DNA from: Anthoceros angustus
Lineage: Eukaryota > Plantae > Anthocerotophyta
Assembly: GCA_010909165.1 (NCBI GenBank)
Contig: VJWM01000266.1
Span: 62,001-126,000 of the forward strand
DNA: 64,000 bases
Direction of reading: 5' to 3'
Shown: positions 50,501-62,267 of the stretch, piece after piece
How the letters are laid out: each line of letters opens with the position of its first letter
How positions within the stretch are numbered: the first letter of the stretch is position 1
Translations under genes and position numbers: made by a program
Notes under the pieces: model-generated
What the model was told of the DNA's origin: nothing
The model's database searches: none
What the model saw: only the letters and a program-made list of their open reading frames with translations

Positions 50501-52842
50501 TGGCGTGGGCCTTCTTCTTGGCGTGGGGTGCTCTGCAGTGGGCTGCTCCCCCCCTTGATGATGCCTACCTACCATGGTGGTGCTCCGGTAGTGCCCCCCT
50601 TGGGTGGCGCCTCCCGGAGTGGGGTGGTGCCTCTCTAGGCACAAGGAGATGGTGGGGACTCCCCACTCCTTGCATCACCCCTCCATGTAGTCCTTCTCTC
50701 ATAGACTACCATTCGGCCTTCCTCGGGTTCTGCTCCTCTCCTCTTGCTTGCTCTGTGGGGAAAAGATTCCCACTCGGCAACCTTGTTGCCTCCACATCCT
50801 CCTCTTGCTCTAGCATGCTTGTGGAGTCGACCTCCCGTCTTCCTCAATGCAAAGGCAAAGGCCTTTCCAACCTCGGAGATGGATGACCTCAAAGGGATGC
50901 CATGCATCTTCAAGCTCCTTGCTTGTGAGAAGTCCCTCGGTTTCCCATAAATGCACCAAATAGGTGCTAAGGTAGCGGGCCTTGGCCTTCCTCATCCACA
51001 ATTTGGCTTGAGGAGCTTCTCTCGTGGTGGATGTAGGCCTCATACATGATAGTCCCCAATCGGCTCCCAAAATCTCCTTCCTCACCGCACATGCCACCTT
51101 CTTGTGGTACTCCTCCTCTGGACCTCCTTTGTTCCTTCGGCTTCTTGGCAAGCCTCCTCTCCTTGCCAAGCACTCTTTTCGCTCCAACTCTTGGTCTTGG
51201 TCTTGAGCCTCGCTCGCTCTCTTCCAAATTATCGGGTCCTTCTCAATTCTTCTCTCATGTCCGGATCTTGATGGCTTGGGTAGCCATCACTGCTCTTGCG
51301 TCCATTCTTTGGACGCTACCTTCTCCTTCCGAGAGCCTCTGTTTTGCCCTTCGCTCTTGCTCTAATTGGGCAAAATGCTCCTCATATACCTCCATGAATC
51401 CTTGGGTTGTTGCCCGAATGGCTCTTTCTTGATGACAACCTCCCTCTAGGACCTTCTCCGCCTCCGCTGGTCCATGAGGTCGCGGAGCTTCTCCTGACCT
51501 TTTCGGCTTGGCTGCCTTTTCATCGGACTCCATGGCCTCCAATTGCCATTTGGTCCACCTGCCTTCCTCCGGCCATGTCTTGAGATTTCACTTCCTCTTG
51601 GCATGCCCACAAGGAGGCTGCTAGTCCTAGCCCCTTCAAATCCACGGTGAGTGCTTCACAAGCACTCTCCTCTAGGGTCCTAATTCCACCCCTTCTTCTT
51701 CTTCTTGGAAATTTCCAGCTCTCCGCCTCTCGGGCCATCCTTGGTGTCCCCCCCTCACGTCGCTCCATCCGCTCTCCCACGCGGAGATGGTGGCCTCGGC
51801 GCCGCGGCTTCTCGTCTTCTCCTTCCCTTCCCTGCACCGCCTGGCGTGGGGTGCACCTGCGGTGGGTGCTCCCCCCCTGGTAGTGCCTACCTACCATGGT
51901 GGTGGCGCCTCCCCTGGTGATGCCCACCCTTGGGTGGGCGCCTCCCCTGGGGGTAGGCGGTGCCTCTCCTAGGCACAAGGAGATGGTGGGGACTCCCCAC
52001 TCTCGGGTCACCCCTCCTGTGGTCCTTCTCTCATAGACTACCATTCGGCCTTCCTCGGCGGTTCTCTTCCTCTCCCTTGCTTGCTCACAGTGGGGAAAAG
52101 ATTCCCACTCGGCAACCTTGTTGCCTCCCATCTCCTCTTGCTTCTAGCATGCTTGTGGAGTCGACCTCCCGTCTTCCTCAATGCAAAGGCAAAGGCCTTT
52201 CCAACCTCGGTGGTGGATGACCTCAAAGGGATGCCATGCATCTTCAAGCTCCTTGCTTGTGAGAAGTCCCTCGGTTTCCCATAAATGCACCAAATAGGTG
52301 CTAAGGTAGAGGCCCTTCCTCATCCACAATTTGGCTTGAGGAGCTTCTCGTGGTGGATGTAGGCCTCATACATGATGGTCCCCAATCGGCTTGGCTCCCA
52401 TGGAAATCTTCCACAAAATTGGAGGAAGTTGGTGCTTTGAAATAAGAGTCGTTGGTAATTTACCAACCCCAACACAATCTTTGAAGAGCCTCCACTTGAC
52501 TCCTTGATGCTCTCGGTCTTCCAGCCATTCTTGGCGTGGGCCTTCACTCCTCCATCCATCATGTCGAGGAACTCTGCGGGATGTCGGAGGCCGTCCTCTT
52601 CCTCCATTCGACCTTTCGAGGAGAGCAATTCGAGCTCTCTTCCTCCGGTCTTCCATACACTGTCGAATACTTCTTGGTCCACAGCGAGGATCCGTTCGAG
52701 CATTCCTTTCTAGCGCTGCTTCCGATTGATGGAGGTTGATGTAACACTCCTCAATCAATTCCAAATTAGTGTAGGCCCATTGGCGGCCATACACCCATCA
52801 GTGGATGTTCTCCTCCTCACGCCGAAATTGACTAAATCCACA
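47570..52842 (-). pseudogene. Retroelement accessory ORF (Transposase_32/Athila-ORF-like N-terminal domain, low-complexity linker, coiled coil), duplicated in pieces
   Basis: WAYTNLELIEECYINL...AHAKNGWK...DWG/GTIMYEAY...YLSTYLVHLW, then FMEVYEEHFAQLEQERRAKQRL coiled coil in three copies. Family assignment is by motif resemblance only. Confidence 0.55.
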
Positions 52843-53515
52843 GGTCCTTAAGCGTTTGCCCCACCACCGTATGCAGTGAAACGTTACGAGTAGTTAGGCA
52901 TAGATGAATGTGTGCGTTGAAGAGCGGGCATAGTAAGGCGAGAATCGCACAGAACGCTACAAAGCAGCTGTCATTCCTTGGGAACGGACTCCTTCCTACA
53001 ACGACACGGGATTGTCGCCCGGTGGCCAAATCGGTTCGCGCCACATTTTGGCGCCGTTGCCGGGGAATGAAATCGTTCCGTAGCAAGCGTGGATGCGTGG
53101 AGGACGTGAGGTAGTTAAGGACGAATTGCTGAGAGAGTCGGACGTTGTGACTGCCCGAGCGCTCCGAGCGCAGGCACGTGAGAGACGACGAGCTCGAGGC
53201 GAGGACACCAGCCAACAGGTAAGCGCGGTGGAGTTGTCGGATCGTGAGGAGGAAGCGGCGTCGAGGCGGTGGTAAGGAGGCGGCCTCGTCGGTGGTAAGG
53301 GAAGCGGTTCCTCAACCCTTGCCGATCGCGGCGATGGCAACAACGTCGACCAAGCAAGCGTATTCCCTCTTTGGAGGTAAGAAGGAGAGAGACGAAACCG
53401 TGGAGGATTTCGTGTCGTGAGAACTTCAACGAGAAGGTTCGGATCTGTGACTCATCCGGTGCTCCAAGGGTCCTCACTGGCTCGATCAACCGGAGGAAAT
53501 GCAAGCGCCCGAATG
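52843..53515 (+). mobile_element. Family B-related fragment: LTR 3' end, perfect Asp PBS (53049-53066) and start of gag
   Basis: Homologous to 13990-14635; CCACA-TTT-TGGCGCCGTTGCCGGGGA. Confidence 0.85.
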
Positions 53516-53784
53516 TGATGAGAATCACGCACAAAGCGCCTTGCAAAAGAGTCTTGTAGAGTTGCATTACATAATAGAAAATACAAGAGTGTTTATATAG
53601 TAGGTAGAGTCGGTGGTTACAACCATAAGTTGTTGTAACTATAAGTGGTTATAACCATAGTGGTTATAACAACTAACTACCTAAATAACCACCTAAAGAA
53701 AACTACTTAGTGCCCTAGGCATATAATAATCATTAAGTAAAGGTGCCCTAGTGAATAGTGCCCTATACCTAATATATTTCATCA
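53516..53784 (-). repeat. Short copia-type LTR (269 bp) inserted in the B-like gag, with PPT at 53785-53794
   Basis: TGATGA...TCATCA terminal inverted repeat; minus GTGAGTGGAG immediately before TGATGAAATATATT; minus CTATATAAA at ~53592-53600; repeated GGTTATAAC motifs; AT-rich. Confidence 0.72.
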
Positions 53785-54849
53785 CTCCACTCACTTTGTG
53801 AACTAGGGGTGACAAAATAGAGAATTTTTCTAGCTTCAAAATGAGCCAAAATAGGCCTAAAACTCAAGACTAGACCTTAAGCAAAATTAATTTAAAACAT
53901 AAAGGAAAATAACCTATATAAGAAAATAGGAAAATATTTTTAAAATGAAAAATGCCGAAAAGAAAACTTAACGGACGGGCTTGGCGGTTCGCCCGCCGTC
54001 CACACGGACGCTGGAGCTCGGCCGCGTCTTATGACGGAGCGTCAGCGCCTGCCGCCAGCCGATTTTTCCCGGCCGTCGACCATTTCCAGGGCGCCCAGCC
54101 TAGAGTTCTAGTCCAAGAAAATAGTCAGTGCTTCGCATGTGGGGCTTGATTGCGATACCTGCCTTCATACCTTCCTCGCTATGCCATTGCGGCCATTGTC
54201 CGCTTGTGTTCTCCCTCCAAACAGGCGCCCTTAGGTCAGGCTCACAGGACATCCATGGCGGGAAACGATCCGAAGGAACTGAATTTGCAAAAGATCCTCC
54301 GACCTCCTACAACACCATTCCTGCTGGGGAGGATTCTTCCATTGCTGCCACAATTTCACCACAACGGCATTGCGGCTGTGTCGATATCGCAGCACCACAA
54401 GGAAGAATAAGCAGATTGCCACGATGCAATCATGGCGATATCCATCTGCTTCCTAAAGTGGCTGGAAATTCACATATCATAAGGTCAAGGTAAGGCACGA
54501 CGGCATCGTAGCTGTGGAAGATGGCCGCCATGACTATACCATTGGAAACAACAAATTTTCTGAACTTCTGTATATGAAAACATGGGTTGAATCGCGAATG
54601 GCAGCTGGAATGCCAGCAATTGATCTTCATCACAACACACCTACTGCAGTGCACGTTGGTGTAATCGAGATATCATCGTCGACTGAAAAAATATAGCTGA
54701 TAACCTTCATGAAAAATCTAATAGCAAAGGTAGGAATCAACTTTCATGCCCATATATGCTCATACGTGCTGAAATGTTCCACTCCAGCTTGATTCACCGA
54801 AATTGATACAGATTTTACTGAAGAAAATTTATGCAAGGGCAAGTCTCCT

Positions 54850-57147
54850 AAGACGGTCGACCATATGTTGTGGAGGAGGAGTTCCACGCCGTCTAAGTCG
54901 TCATAGGGGTGAAGGGTTGAGACACTAACGGGTGTGGGTTGCTTCCTTCTTAACACTGTGGGTTGGAGGACATGAGGATGCTTGCAGATGTCTAGTAGGG
55001 GACGATCTCGAGGAGACGCACACAGAAGGTCGCCCCCACCTGTCACTGCAAGGGATTTACGAGCTTCACGGAGGAATCGGTTGAGGGAAGAAACTGCTGC
55101 TGTCGCTACCCGTCGACAGCAGGTGGAAGACGAGTTACGGGCGCTTGCGGAAGAAGCCGTCTTTGCTCCAGCAAACGAAGGAAGTGATGTCAGCGGACGG
55201 ACGAATTGGAGGAAGGAGAGGCGGAGATCACCGACAGCGAGAGAAAGGAGGTCGTGGAGGAGGAAGTGGTGTCTAGCAGCAAGGAGGAGGCACACTCCCC
55301 GAGCGCGACCTACCCTTCACGACCGTCGCGGAATTTCCACGACGTTTGGTTTCTCGAAGCGGTGAGACCACCCCAACTTCCAGCGAAACTGACAGCGACG
55401 ACGAAGTAGTCAGCAGTGGGGAATTCCAGGCCTGGTCGGAGGACTTGGCTGAACGCCTCGATCGCATCGCCGATCAGCTTGATCTGTTGGGACGGACCAC
55501 AAGGGGGGTCGCTACTCCTCCGTCGGTCGAGGATTTCAGCACCCAAAGATCTCGGTCTGTTTTCTGGTTCCCGAGGGAAGAAGAAGCATTGGGGCAGCAA
55601 CAACGATCGGGACGAGCAACATGAGTGGAGCCGCTGGAGGAGGAGGGCGCCGCCCTCCATATGTGATCGTCAAATTCGGCGAGAAAAAGAGGGCGCGGGC
55701 GTTGTGAGAACTTTGAGCACGTCTCCCACGCTAATTTGGAGGATGGAGTCGCCGATCGACTGCGCATCTTTCCCGGACTGCTGAGAGGGCACGCACAACA
55801 GTGGTATGGTCGCACCTACAATGCGGTGGCGCCAACGGATTGGGAAGCCCTCAAAGCAGCCTTCTTGAATCGGTTCCGAGGGCTCAGCTATGCACACCAT
55901 ACTTTGGCAAAGTCGAGGACCCTTCGTAGGAAGAAGCGAGAATCTCGATTATGTGGAAAGGTTTTACGGGTATCTGGATCGAGTTCCGAAATGTGCACCC
56001 GAGAGGCCGGGGGATCCACCCACCTCTGGGTACTCACAAGAGCAAGCGCTGGATTGGTTCGTGAGTGGCTTGTCTCGAAAAATGGAGGTACACTGCAGAC
56101 GTGGGACGAAGACGTTGGCAGGAGCCCTCCGATTGGCTGAGGAATGGGAATCTGCCGAGTTAGGGAGGAGGAGGAAGAAGAGGCGAAGTCATAAGAAGAG
56201 GAAAGGGTCGAGGAGATCGAGCTCCTCGTCTTCCTCTGCCTCCTCCAGCTCGTCGCCCTCGTCCTCATCAGAAAGTGAGGACAGCGGAACTCAAGAAAGC
56301 TCCACATCGGATGAAGAATCAGAGAAGGCCTACGAACGGCGAATGAAGAAGGACTTGGAGAAGGTCAAAAGAAGGCAGGAAGAGGCGGAACGCGCGCTGG
56401 AGAAGGAGAGGAAAGGGAAGACGGTCCGTCGGATGGAGAAGGGAGAAACGTCCAGGAGAGGTGGAATTGCGGGACAAGTGGAGGCTTTGACCAAGAGATT
56501 GACCGAATTAGAGGTCAAAGCTGTGAAGAACCAAGCTCCATGGAGATCTCCCTCACCGGCAAGACAGTTGGTGTATTGCTCAATTTGTCATCAAACGGGA
56601 CACACCAACAGGGAATGTATTCGCGCACCACGACATGCGGTAAATCATGTGGACACCGTCATGCCAGGGGACTATTGGTATGTGGATGAAGCTTACCAGG
56701 TGCAAGCGGTCACTGGAAGTCGGCCACCTCAATCAATGAGGGCGACTTACCAACCTGCTACACCAGTTCCCTCGAGGTATGGATCGCGACCGACATCGCC
56801 AGGACCATGGAGACCGGATTCATCACAGAGGCCGATGGCGATTCCACAAGGATGCTGTTATAATTGCGGAGCACCAGGTCACTACTCAAACGAATGCCCA
56901 GAACCACGAAAGCAAGTGGGTTATGTACCCTTTTGTCAAGTCTGCAAGGAATTGGGGCATAAGATGGGGGATCCCAGGTGCTCGGGTGTGGCGCGAGTAA
57001 CACCAGCACGACCGGGGGTCAGGTTTACGGAACCGGTGGCAGAGGAGGCACGACCCAACCCTGAGACCGCGATTACCGTGACCACGACGCCGGTGTTGAA
57101 GGTGGAAGCGGAGTACGATTTCCTCGACGAATCCAGCGTGACATCAA
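54850..57147 (+). mobile_element. Second family C fragment (5' UTR and gag), opposite orientation
   Basis: Reverse-complement homology to ~42680-45830. Confidence 0.88.
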
Positions 57148-57155
57148 GAATTTAG
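55890..57155 (+). CDS. gag: Family C gag, C-terminal 421 aa uninterrupted (N-terminus frameshifted, C-terminus truncated)
   Basis: Longest ORF in the window: R/K/S-rich tract, coiled coil, and knuckles CSICHQTGHTNREC, CYNCGAPGHYSNEC and CQVCKELGHKMGDPRC. Confidence 0.88.
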   Translation: MHTILWQSRGPFVGRSENLDYVERFYGYLDRVPKCAPERPGDPPTSGYSQEQALDWFVSGLSRKMEVHCRRGTKTLAGALRLAEEWESAELGRRRKKRRSHKKRKGSRRSSSSSSSASSSSSPSSSSESEDSGTQESSTSDEESEKAYERRMKKDLEKVKRRQEEAERALEKERKGKTVRRMEKGETSRRGGIAGQVEALTKRLTELEVKAVKNQAPWRSPSPARQLVYCSICHQTGHTNRECIRAPRHAVNHVDTVMPGDYWYVDEAYQVQAVTGSRPPQSMRATYQPATPVPSRYGSRPTSPGPWRPDSSQRPMAIPQGCCYNCGAPGHYSNECPEPRKQVGYVPFCQVCKELGHKMGDPRCSGVARVTPARPGVRFTEPVAEEARPNPETAITVTTTPVLKVEAEYDFLDESSVTSRI

Positions 57156-58400
57156 CCATTGCCACCTGTATGACGTGAAATTTCTTCGGGAGTGTAACTT
57201 CCTTCGACATTCCGTTCAGGTCCAAGAGGCCAGTCAGTACTTTCTCTATAACACTTATCAACATCTGTTGTCGACTCTCGGATGGGGATTCCTTGAAAGC
57301 TTATACGGCTTCCCTGCATCTCTTTGGGCTTCACAAAAGTCCATCAACTTGTTTTGTCTCGTCGGTTGCCTTCCGCTTACCTTTGCTCTTTTGCTTGTTC
57401 CTGCTCACATGCCGCACCTTTTCCGGGTAGCTCACACACTTCCACTTGAAAAAATTTGTCCACATTCTCCCAGACCTTACCCTCTAGTTTTGCAATGCAC
57501 AGTATATGGGTTCTGTTGTCCACCTTGTTCTGCTTGTACTGCTCATCTTCACGGCCTTCATCGTCTTCAATCAAACCAAGCACCTTGTAGAGATTGAATT
57601 TCTAGTTCATGGTCATGCTCACATGATCCCGCTTAGCTATCTGCAACTCATCCCGGAGATACCAAACCTGCTCAATAAAATTCATCTTCTTTCGCTTGTC
57701 CGCCATCGGTTGTGATCGGTAGCTAGAATCCTCATCTCGAGAGGCAGTTAGGCCACAATACACATGGGCTTGATCCCTTTAATCGCCTTCCCGATGAGAT
57801 ATGTGCAGGTGCCTCATGGGCGTAGGTATGGTTCCCACCTAATACGCCATGACATACTTCTTCGCTCTAAACCTTTTCCAAGTTGTTCAATGTCCTCGCG
57901 TGCAGGATCAATCATACATAGAAGAGGAAGCACTCCTTCTTCAATCCTCCCTTAGCAATGTGATGAGCAAGATAATTGGCCCATGCCTCATCAACTTTAC
58001 GGATGGGCATCGAGGTCGGGAAGGGCTGGCGCAAATTTTCCGGTTTCAGCTTGATTTGAGGACAACCTTTTTGGGTGGGCGGTCGAATATTGATGTAGTC
58101 TTCCTCCATATGCAATGCCGCCAAGCGCCACTTTGTCGATTTCCACATGAGCAGTATGAATCTCACTGCTTCAGCCGGATGGTGGTGCAGCGCTTACATC
58201 TTCCGACTTTGCGTCTTTGACTACTCAAATTCACATTACATTACTCCTTCGCAATCCCCTTTGCTGTTTTCGCCTTTGTGAAGTGGTGAGGTCGCTGAAT
58301 ATGGACACCTTCCTTGGAAGGTGGGCGCGCGGATAAGCGTAGGCAAATGGTAATAGCATCCTAGGAATAGAACCTTGGATAGGGTGCCATCGGACCTAAG
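57150..58400 (-). pseudogene. ParB/Srx-like domain protein, copy 1 (more degenerate)
   Basis: IRKVDEAWANYLA; GGGAACCATACC (GNHT) at ~57826-57840; LGLIEDDEGREDEQYKQNKVDNRTHILCIAKLEGKVWENVDKFFQV. Confidence 0.6.
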
Positions 58401-58552
58401 ATCGTTAATTGTGGCGCGAGTAACACCAGACGACCGGAGGTCAGGTTCTGGAACCGGTGGCGGAGGAGGCACGACCCAACCACGAGACCGCGATTCTGGA
58501 CCCCTTGGGGTGGAAGGTGGAAGCGATTTCCTCGGCCAGATCGTGTGACATC

Positions 58553-59700
58553 AAGAATTTAGCCATTGCCACCTGTGGCGTGAAATTTCTTCGGGAGTGT
58601 AACTTCCTTGACATTCCGTTCGGGTCCAAGAGGCCGGTCAATTACTTTCTCTATAACACTTATCAACATCATTGTCACGACTCTCGGATGGGATTCCTTG
58701 AAAGCTTCACGGCTTCCCTGCATCTCTTTGGGCTTCACAAAAGTCCATCAACTTGTTTTGTCTCGTCGGTTGCCTTCCGCTTACCTTTGCTCTTTTGCTT
58801 GTTCTGCTGCGACATGCACCGCTCGGGTAGCTCACACTTCCCACTTGAAAAAATTTGTCCACATTCTCCCGGACCTTACCCTCTAGTTTTGCAATGCACA
58901 AGATATGGGTTACATTGTCCACCTTACGCTTGTCACTCATCTTCACGGCCTTCATCGTCTTCAATCAAACCAAGCACCTTGTAGAGATTGAATTTCTAGT
59001 TCATGGTCATGCTCACATGATCCCGCTTAGCTATCTGCAACTCATCCCGGAGATACCAAACCTGCTCAATAAAATTCATCTTCTTTCGCTTGTCCGCCAT
59101 CTGGTTGTGATCGGTAGCTAGAATCCTCATCTCAGAGACAGTTAGGCCACAATACACATGGGCTTCGATCCACTGAAAATGCGCCTTCCCCGATGAGATA
59201 TGTGCAAGGTGCCTCATGGCTGCGTAGGTATGGTTCCCACCTAATACGCCTATGACATACTTCTTCGCTCTAAACCTTTTCCAAGTTGTTCAATGTCCTC
59301 GCATTCTGCAGGATCAATCATACATAGAAGAGGAAGCACTCCTTCTTCAATCCTCCCCTTAGCAATGACGCGAGCAAGATAATTGGCCCATGCCTCATCA
59401 ACTTTCTGGATCTGGGCATCGGAGGAAGGAAGGGCTGCCGATTTCACCAACAGTTTCGAGGACAACCTTTTGGAGTGGGCGGTATCGAATATTCGTCAGG
59501 TAGTCTTCCTCCATATGCAATGCCGCCAAGCGCTCGATTTCCACATGAAGTATGAATCTCACTTCTTTGTCGGATGGTCGGTGCAGCGCTTACATCTTCC
59601 GACTTTAGTGCCTTTGACTACTCCAAATTACATTACTCCTTCCAATCCCCTTTGCTGTTTTCGCCTTTGTGAAGTGGTGAGGAGTCGCTGAATATGGACA
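58553..59700 (-). pseudogene. ParB/Srx-like domain protein, copy 2 (best preserved; C-terminus cut at the junction with C gag)
   Basis: Manual join of ORFs 59250..59465 and 58996..59217 across one frameshift: PSSDAQIQKVDEAWANYLARVIAKGRIEEGVLPLLCMIDPAECEDIEQL/KRFRAKKYVIGVLGGNHTYAAMRHLAHISSGKAHFQWIEAHVYCGLTVSEMRILATDHNQMADKRKKMNFIEQVWYLRDEL. Confidence 0.68.
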
Positions 59701-59711
59701 CCTTCCTTGGA

Positions 59712-61385
59712 AGGGTGGGCGGTAGCCTTGAGATAAGCGTAGGCAAATGGTAATAGCATCCTAGGAATAGAACCTTGGATAGGGTGCCATACTGGACCTA
59801 AGATCGTTCGAATTGTAGGCGCGTCTCTTCACGTTTAGCATTGTTTTAGGACTGGAAATCGGTGGCCTATGGCGCCGGCCGATGTACAAAAGGGGCGGAT
59901 CTTCCTCGCTCTCGATTAGCCCTCGGGGCTTAGTCCACACCACACACACTTTAGTTTTGAACACAACCAAGCGGGGAAAGGTGAGAGGAAGGGAAACTCG
60001 CAGGCGTCCATGACGCGAGCAAGCTCCGGACCGTCCGCCCGGTCCCTCGATTTCCTCCTCCTTTGTGAGCGAGCGCTCACTCACCCCTCTCCACCGGTTG
60101 CGAACAAGCTCTCAACCACCCCTAGGAGGCGTCTCGCGCACCACCTCTACCAATCGGACGTCTCCAACTAGCCACATGTAGTGTGGGGATCTCAACCAAG
60201 AATTATCCGGCGTGGGGGTGAGAGAAATGGAGAAGCGAGATGCGGACGGGAGAAGAGTGGGTGAAGGGTGGGCGGTAGCCTTGAGATAAGCGTAGGCAAA
60301 TGGTAATAGCATCCTAGGAATAGAACCTTGGATAGGGTGCCATCGACCTAAGATCGTTCGAATTGTAGGCGCGTCTCTTCACGTTTAGCTGTTTTAGGAC
60401 TGAGAAATCGGTGGCCTATGGCGCCCGACCGATGTACAAAAGGGGCGGATCTTCCTCGCGCTCTCGATTAGCCCTCGGGGCTTCCGTCCACACACACACA
60501 CACTTTAGTTTTGAACACAACCAACGGGGAAAGGTGAGAGGAAGGGAAGCTTCATGAGCGTCTGACCGTTACGAGCAAGCTCCGGACCCGTCCGCGCCCG
60601 GTCCCTCGATTTCCTCCTCCTTTGTGAGCGAGCGCTCACTCACCCCTCTCCACCGGTTGCGGAGCAAGCTCTCAACCACCCCTAGGAGGCGTCTCGCACC
60701 ACCTCTACCAATCGGACGTCTCCAACTAGCCACATGTAGTGTGGGGATCTCAACCAAGAATTATCCGGCGTGGGGGTGAGAGAAATGGAGAAGCGAGATG
60801 CGGACGGGAGAAGAGTGGGTGAAGGGTGGGCGGTAGCCTTGAGATAAGCGTAGGCAAATGGTAATAGCATCCTAGGAATAGAACCTTGGATAGGGTGCCA
60901 TCGACCTAAGATCGTTCGAATTGTAGGCGCGTCTCTTCACGTTTAGCTGTTTTAGGACTGAGAAATCGGTGGCCTATGGCGCCCGACCGATGTACAAAAG
61001 GGGCGGATCTTCCTCGCGCTCTCGATTAGCCCTCGGGGCTTCCGTCCACACACACACACACTTTAGTTTTGAACACAACCAACGGGGAAAGGTGAGAGGA
61101 AGGGAAGCTTCATGAGCGTCTGACCGTTACGAGCAAGCTCCGGACCCGTCCGCGCCCGGTCCCTCGATTTCCTCCTCCTTTGTGAGCGAGCGCTCACTCA
61201 CCCCTCTCCACCGGTTGCGGAGCAAGCTCTCAACCACCCCTAGGAGGCGTCGCGACACCACCTCTACCAATCGGACGTCTCCAACTAGCCACATGTAGTG
61301 TGGGGATCTCAACCAAGAATTATCTGGCGTGGGGGGTGAGAGAAATGGGAGAAGCGAGATGCGGACGCGGGAGAAGAGTGGGTGA
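59712..61385. repeat. Three tandem copies of a ~560-bp segment upstream of the ParB-like ORF
   Basis: Units start GGGTGGGCGGTAGCCTTGAGATAAGC at ~59713, ~60266 and ~60824; copies 2 and 3 are nearly identical. Confidence 0.9.
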
Positions 61386-62267
61386 AGGAGTGACTGAGCA
61401 CTGTACGCGATGCGAGGTGTGAAGCTGTGAAGGGAAGTTGGGAAGGAGAACTAATTGAGAGACTAACAGTGGAAATTTGCGCGGATCAAAGAGGATCCAA
61501 ACCGGTCCTGTTGATGGAAGTGTGCGCAGGTGGAAATAATGTTTCCATGTGGAGCTGTGTAAGTGTGGCGTCTTGGCGCGTGAGAGGGAGCGGTTGAAAG
61601 GGGATCTGTGGAAACCCAACCCCCTAAGTGCCAGTGTGTGTGTACGAGTGTAGAGTGCAAAATAAAGTCTGATCCGGTGCAGGTGATAGCCCCGTGGCAG
61701 GAAACCCTGGTGCCGCGCGTCAAAACTAAGTCGCTAGGATTAGAAGTGGGACCCACCTCGGTAGTCATAGCAGCTACCCGGTAGGAGTGGGAGTCGCCGC
61801 GGTGGTAGCTCGGAGGCGAAGGTGGTAGAATAAGAACCGCGGTTGTAGAATAAGACGTGTGGTCGTAGGACAAGATTGGTGGTAGCTAGACAAGTCGGGA
61901 ATAGTGGATGAGCGATAGACAAGAAGAGTGACAGTACGTGAGTCACGATTTAGGCAAAGGTCAATAGTGATAGGTGTCGTGCGAAATACACCTAGCCTCG
62001 ACATGAACTCATGATCTGAGTTCTTAGCGGCTCTGCAGACCTTCTTTCACATCGTAGTCAAAACAGCTGAGGGTCTTTGTGCTGGCATCCCTTCCCAGTC
62101 TAACGGTCGCCCATCGTGATTGTGCAGTAGCGACAACCAGAGTGAAAACTCCTGTCCTTGTTTAGACCTCGAGGTTGCATTCCCCAAGGTCGTGAGAGTT
62201 AGCTCGGCACGGCGATCGATACGCGTTGCGGGTTCTTGTTTGAGTTACAGCAATAAGTGCATAGCAG

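Noticed and set aside
42680-57147. Large inverted repeat as a giant TIR element or hairpin
   Set aside because: It is explained by two family C gag copies in opposite orientation, without matched termini or a TSD.
59585-59600. Minus-strand GTAAG as an intron donor in the ParB-like gene
   Set aside because: The sequence also reads through as plausible coding (SEDVSAAP) and no acceptor could be assigned.
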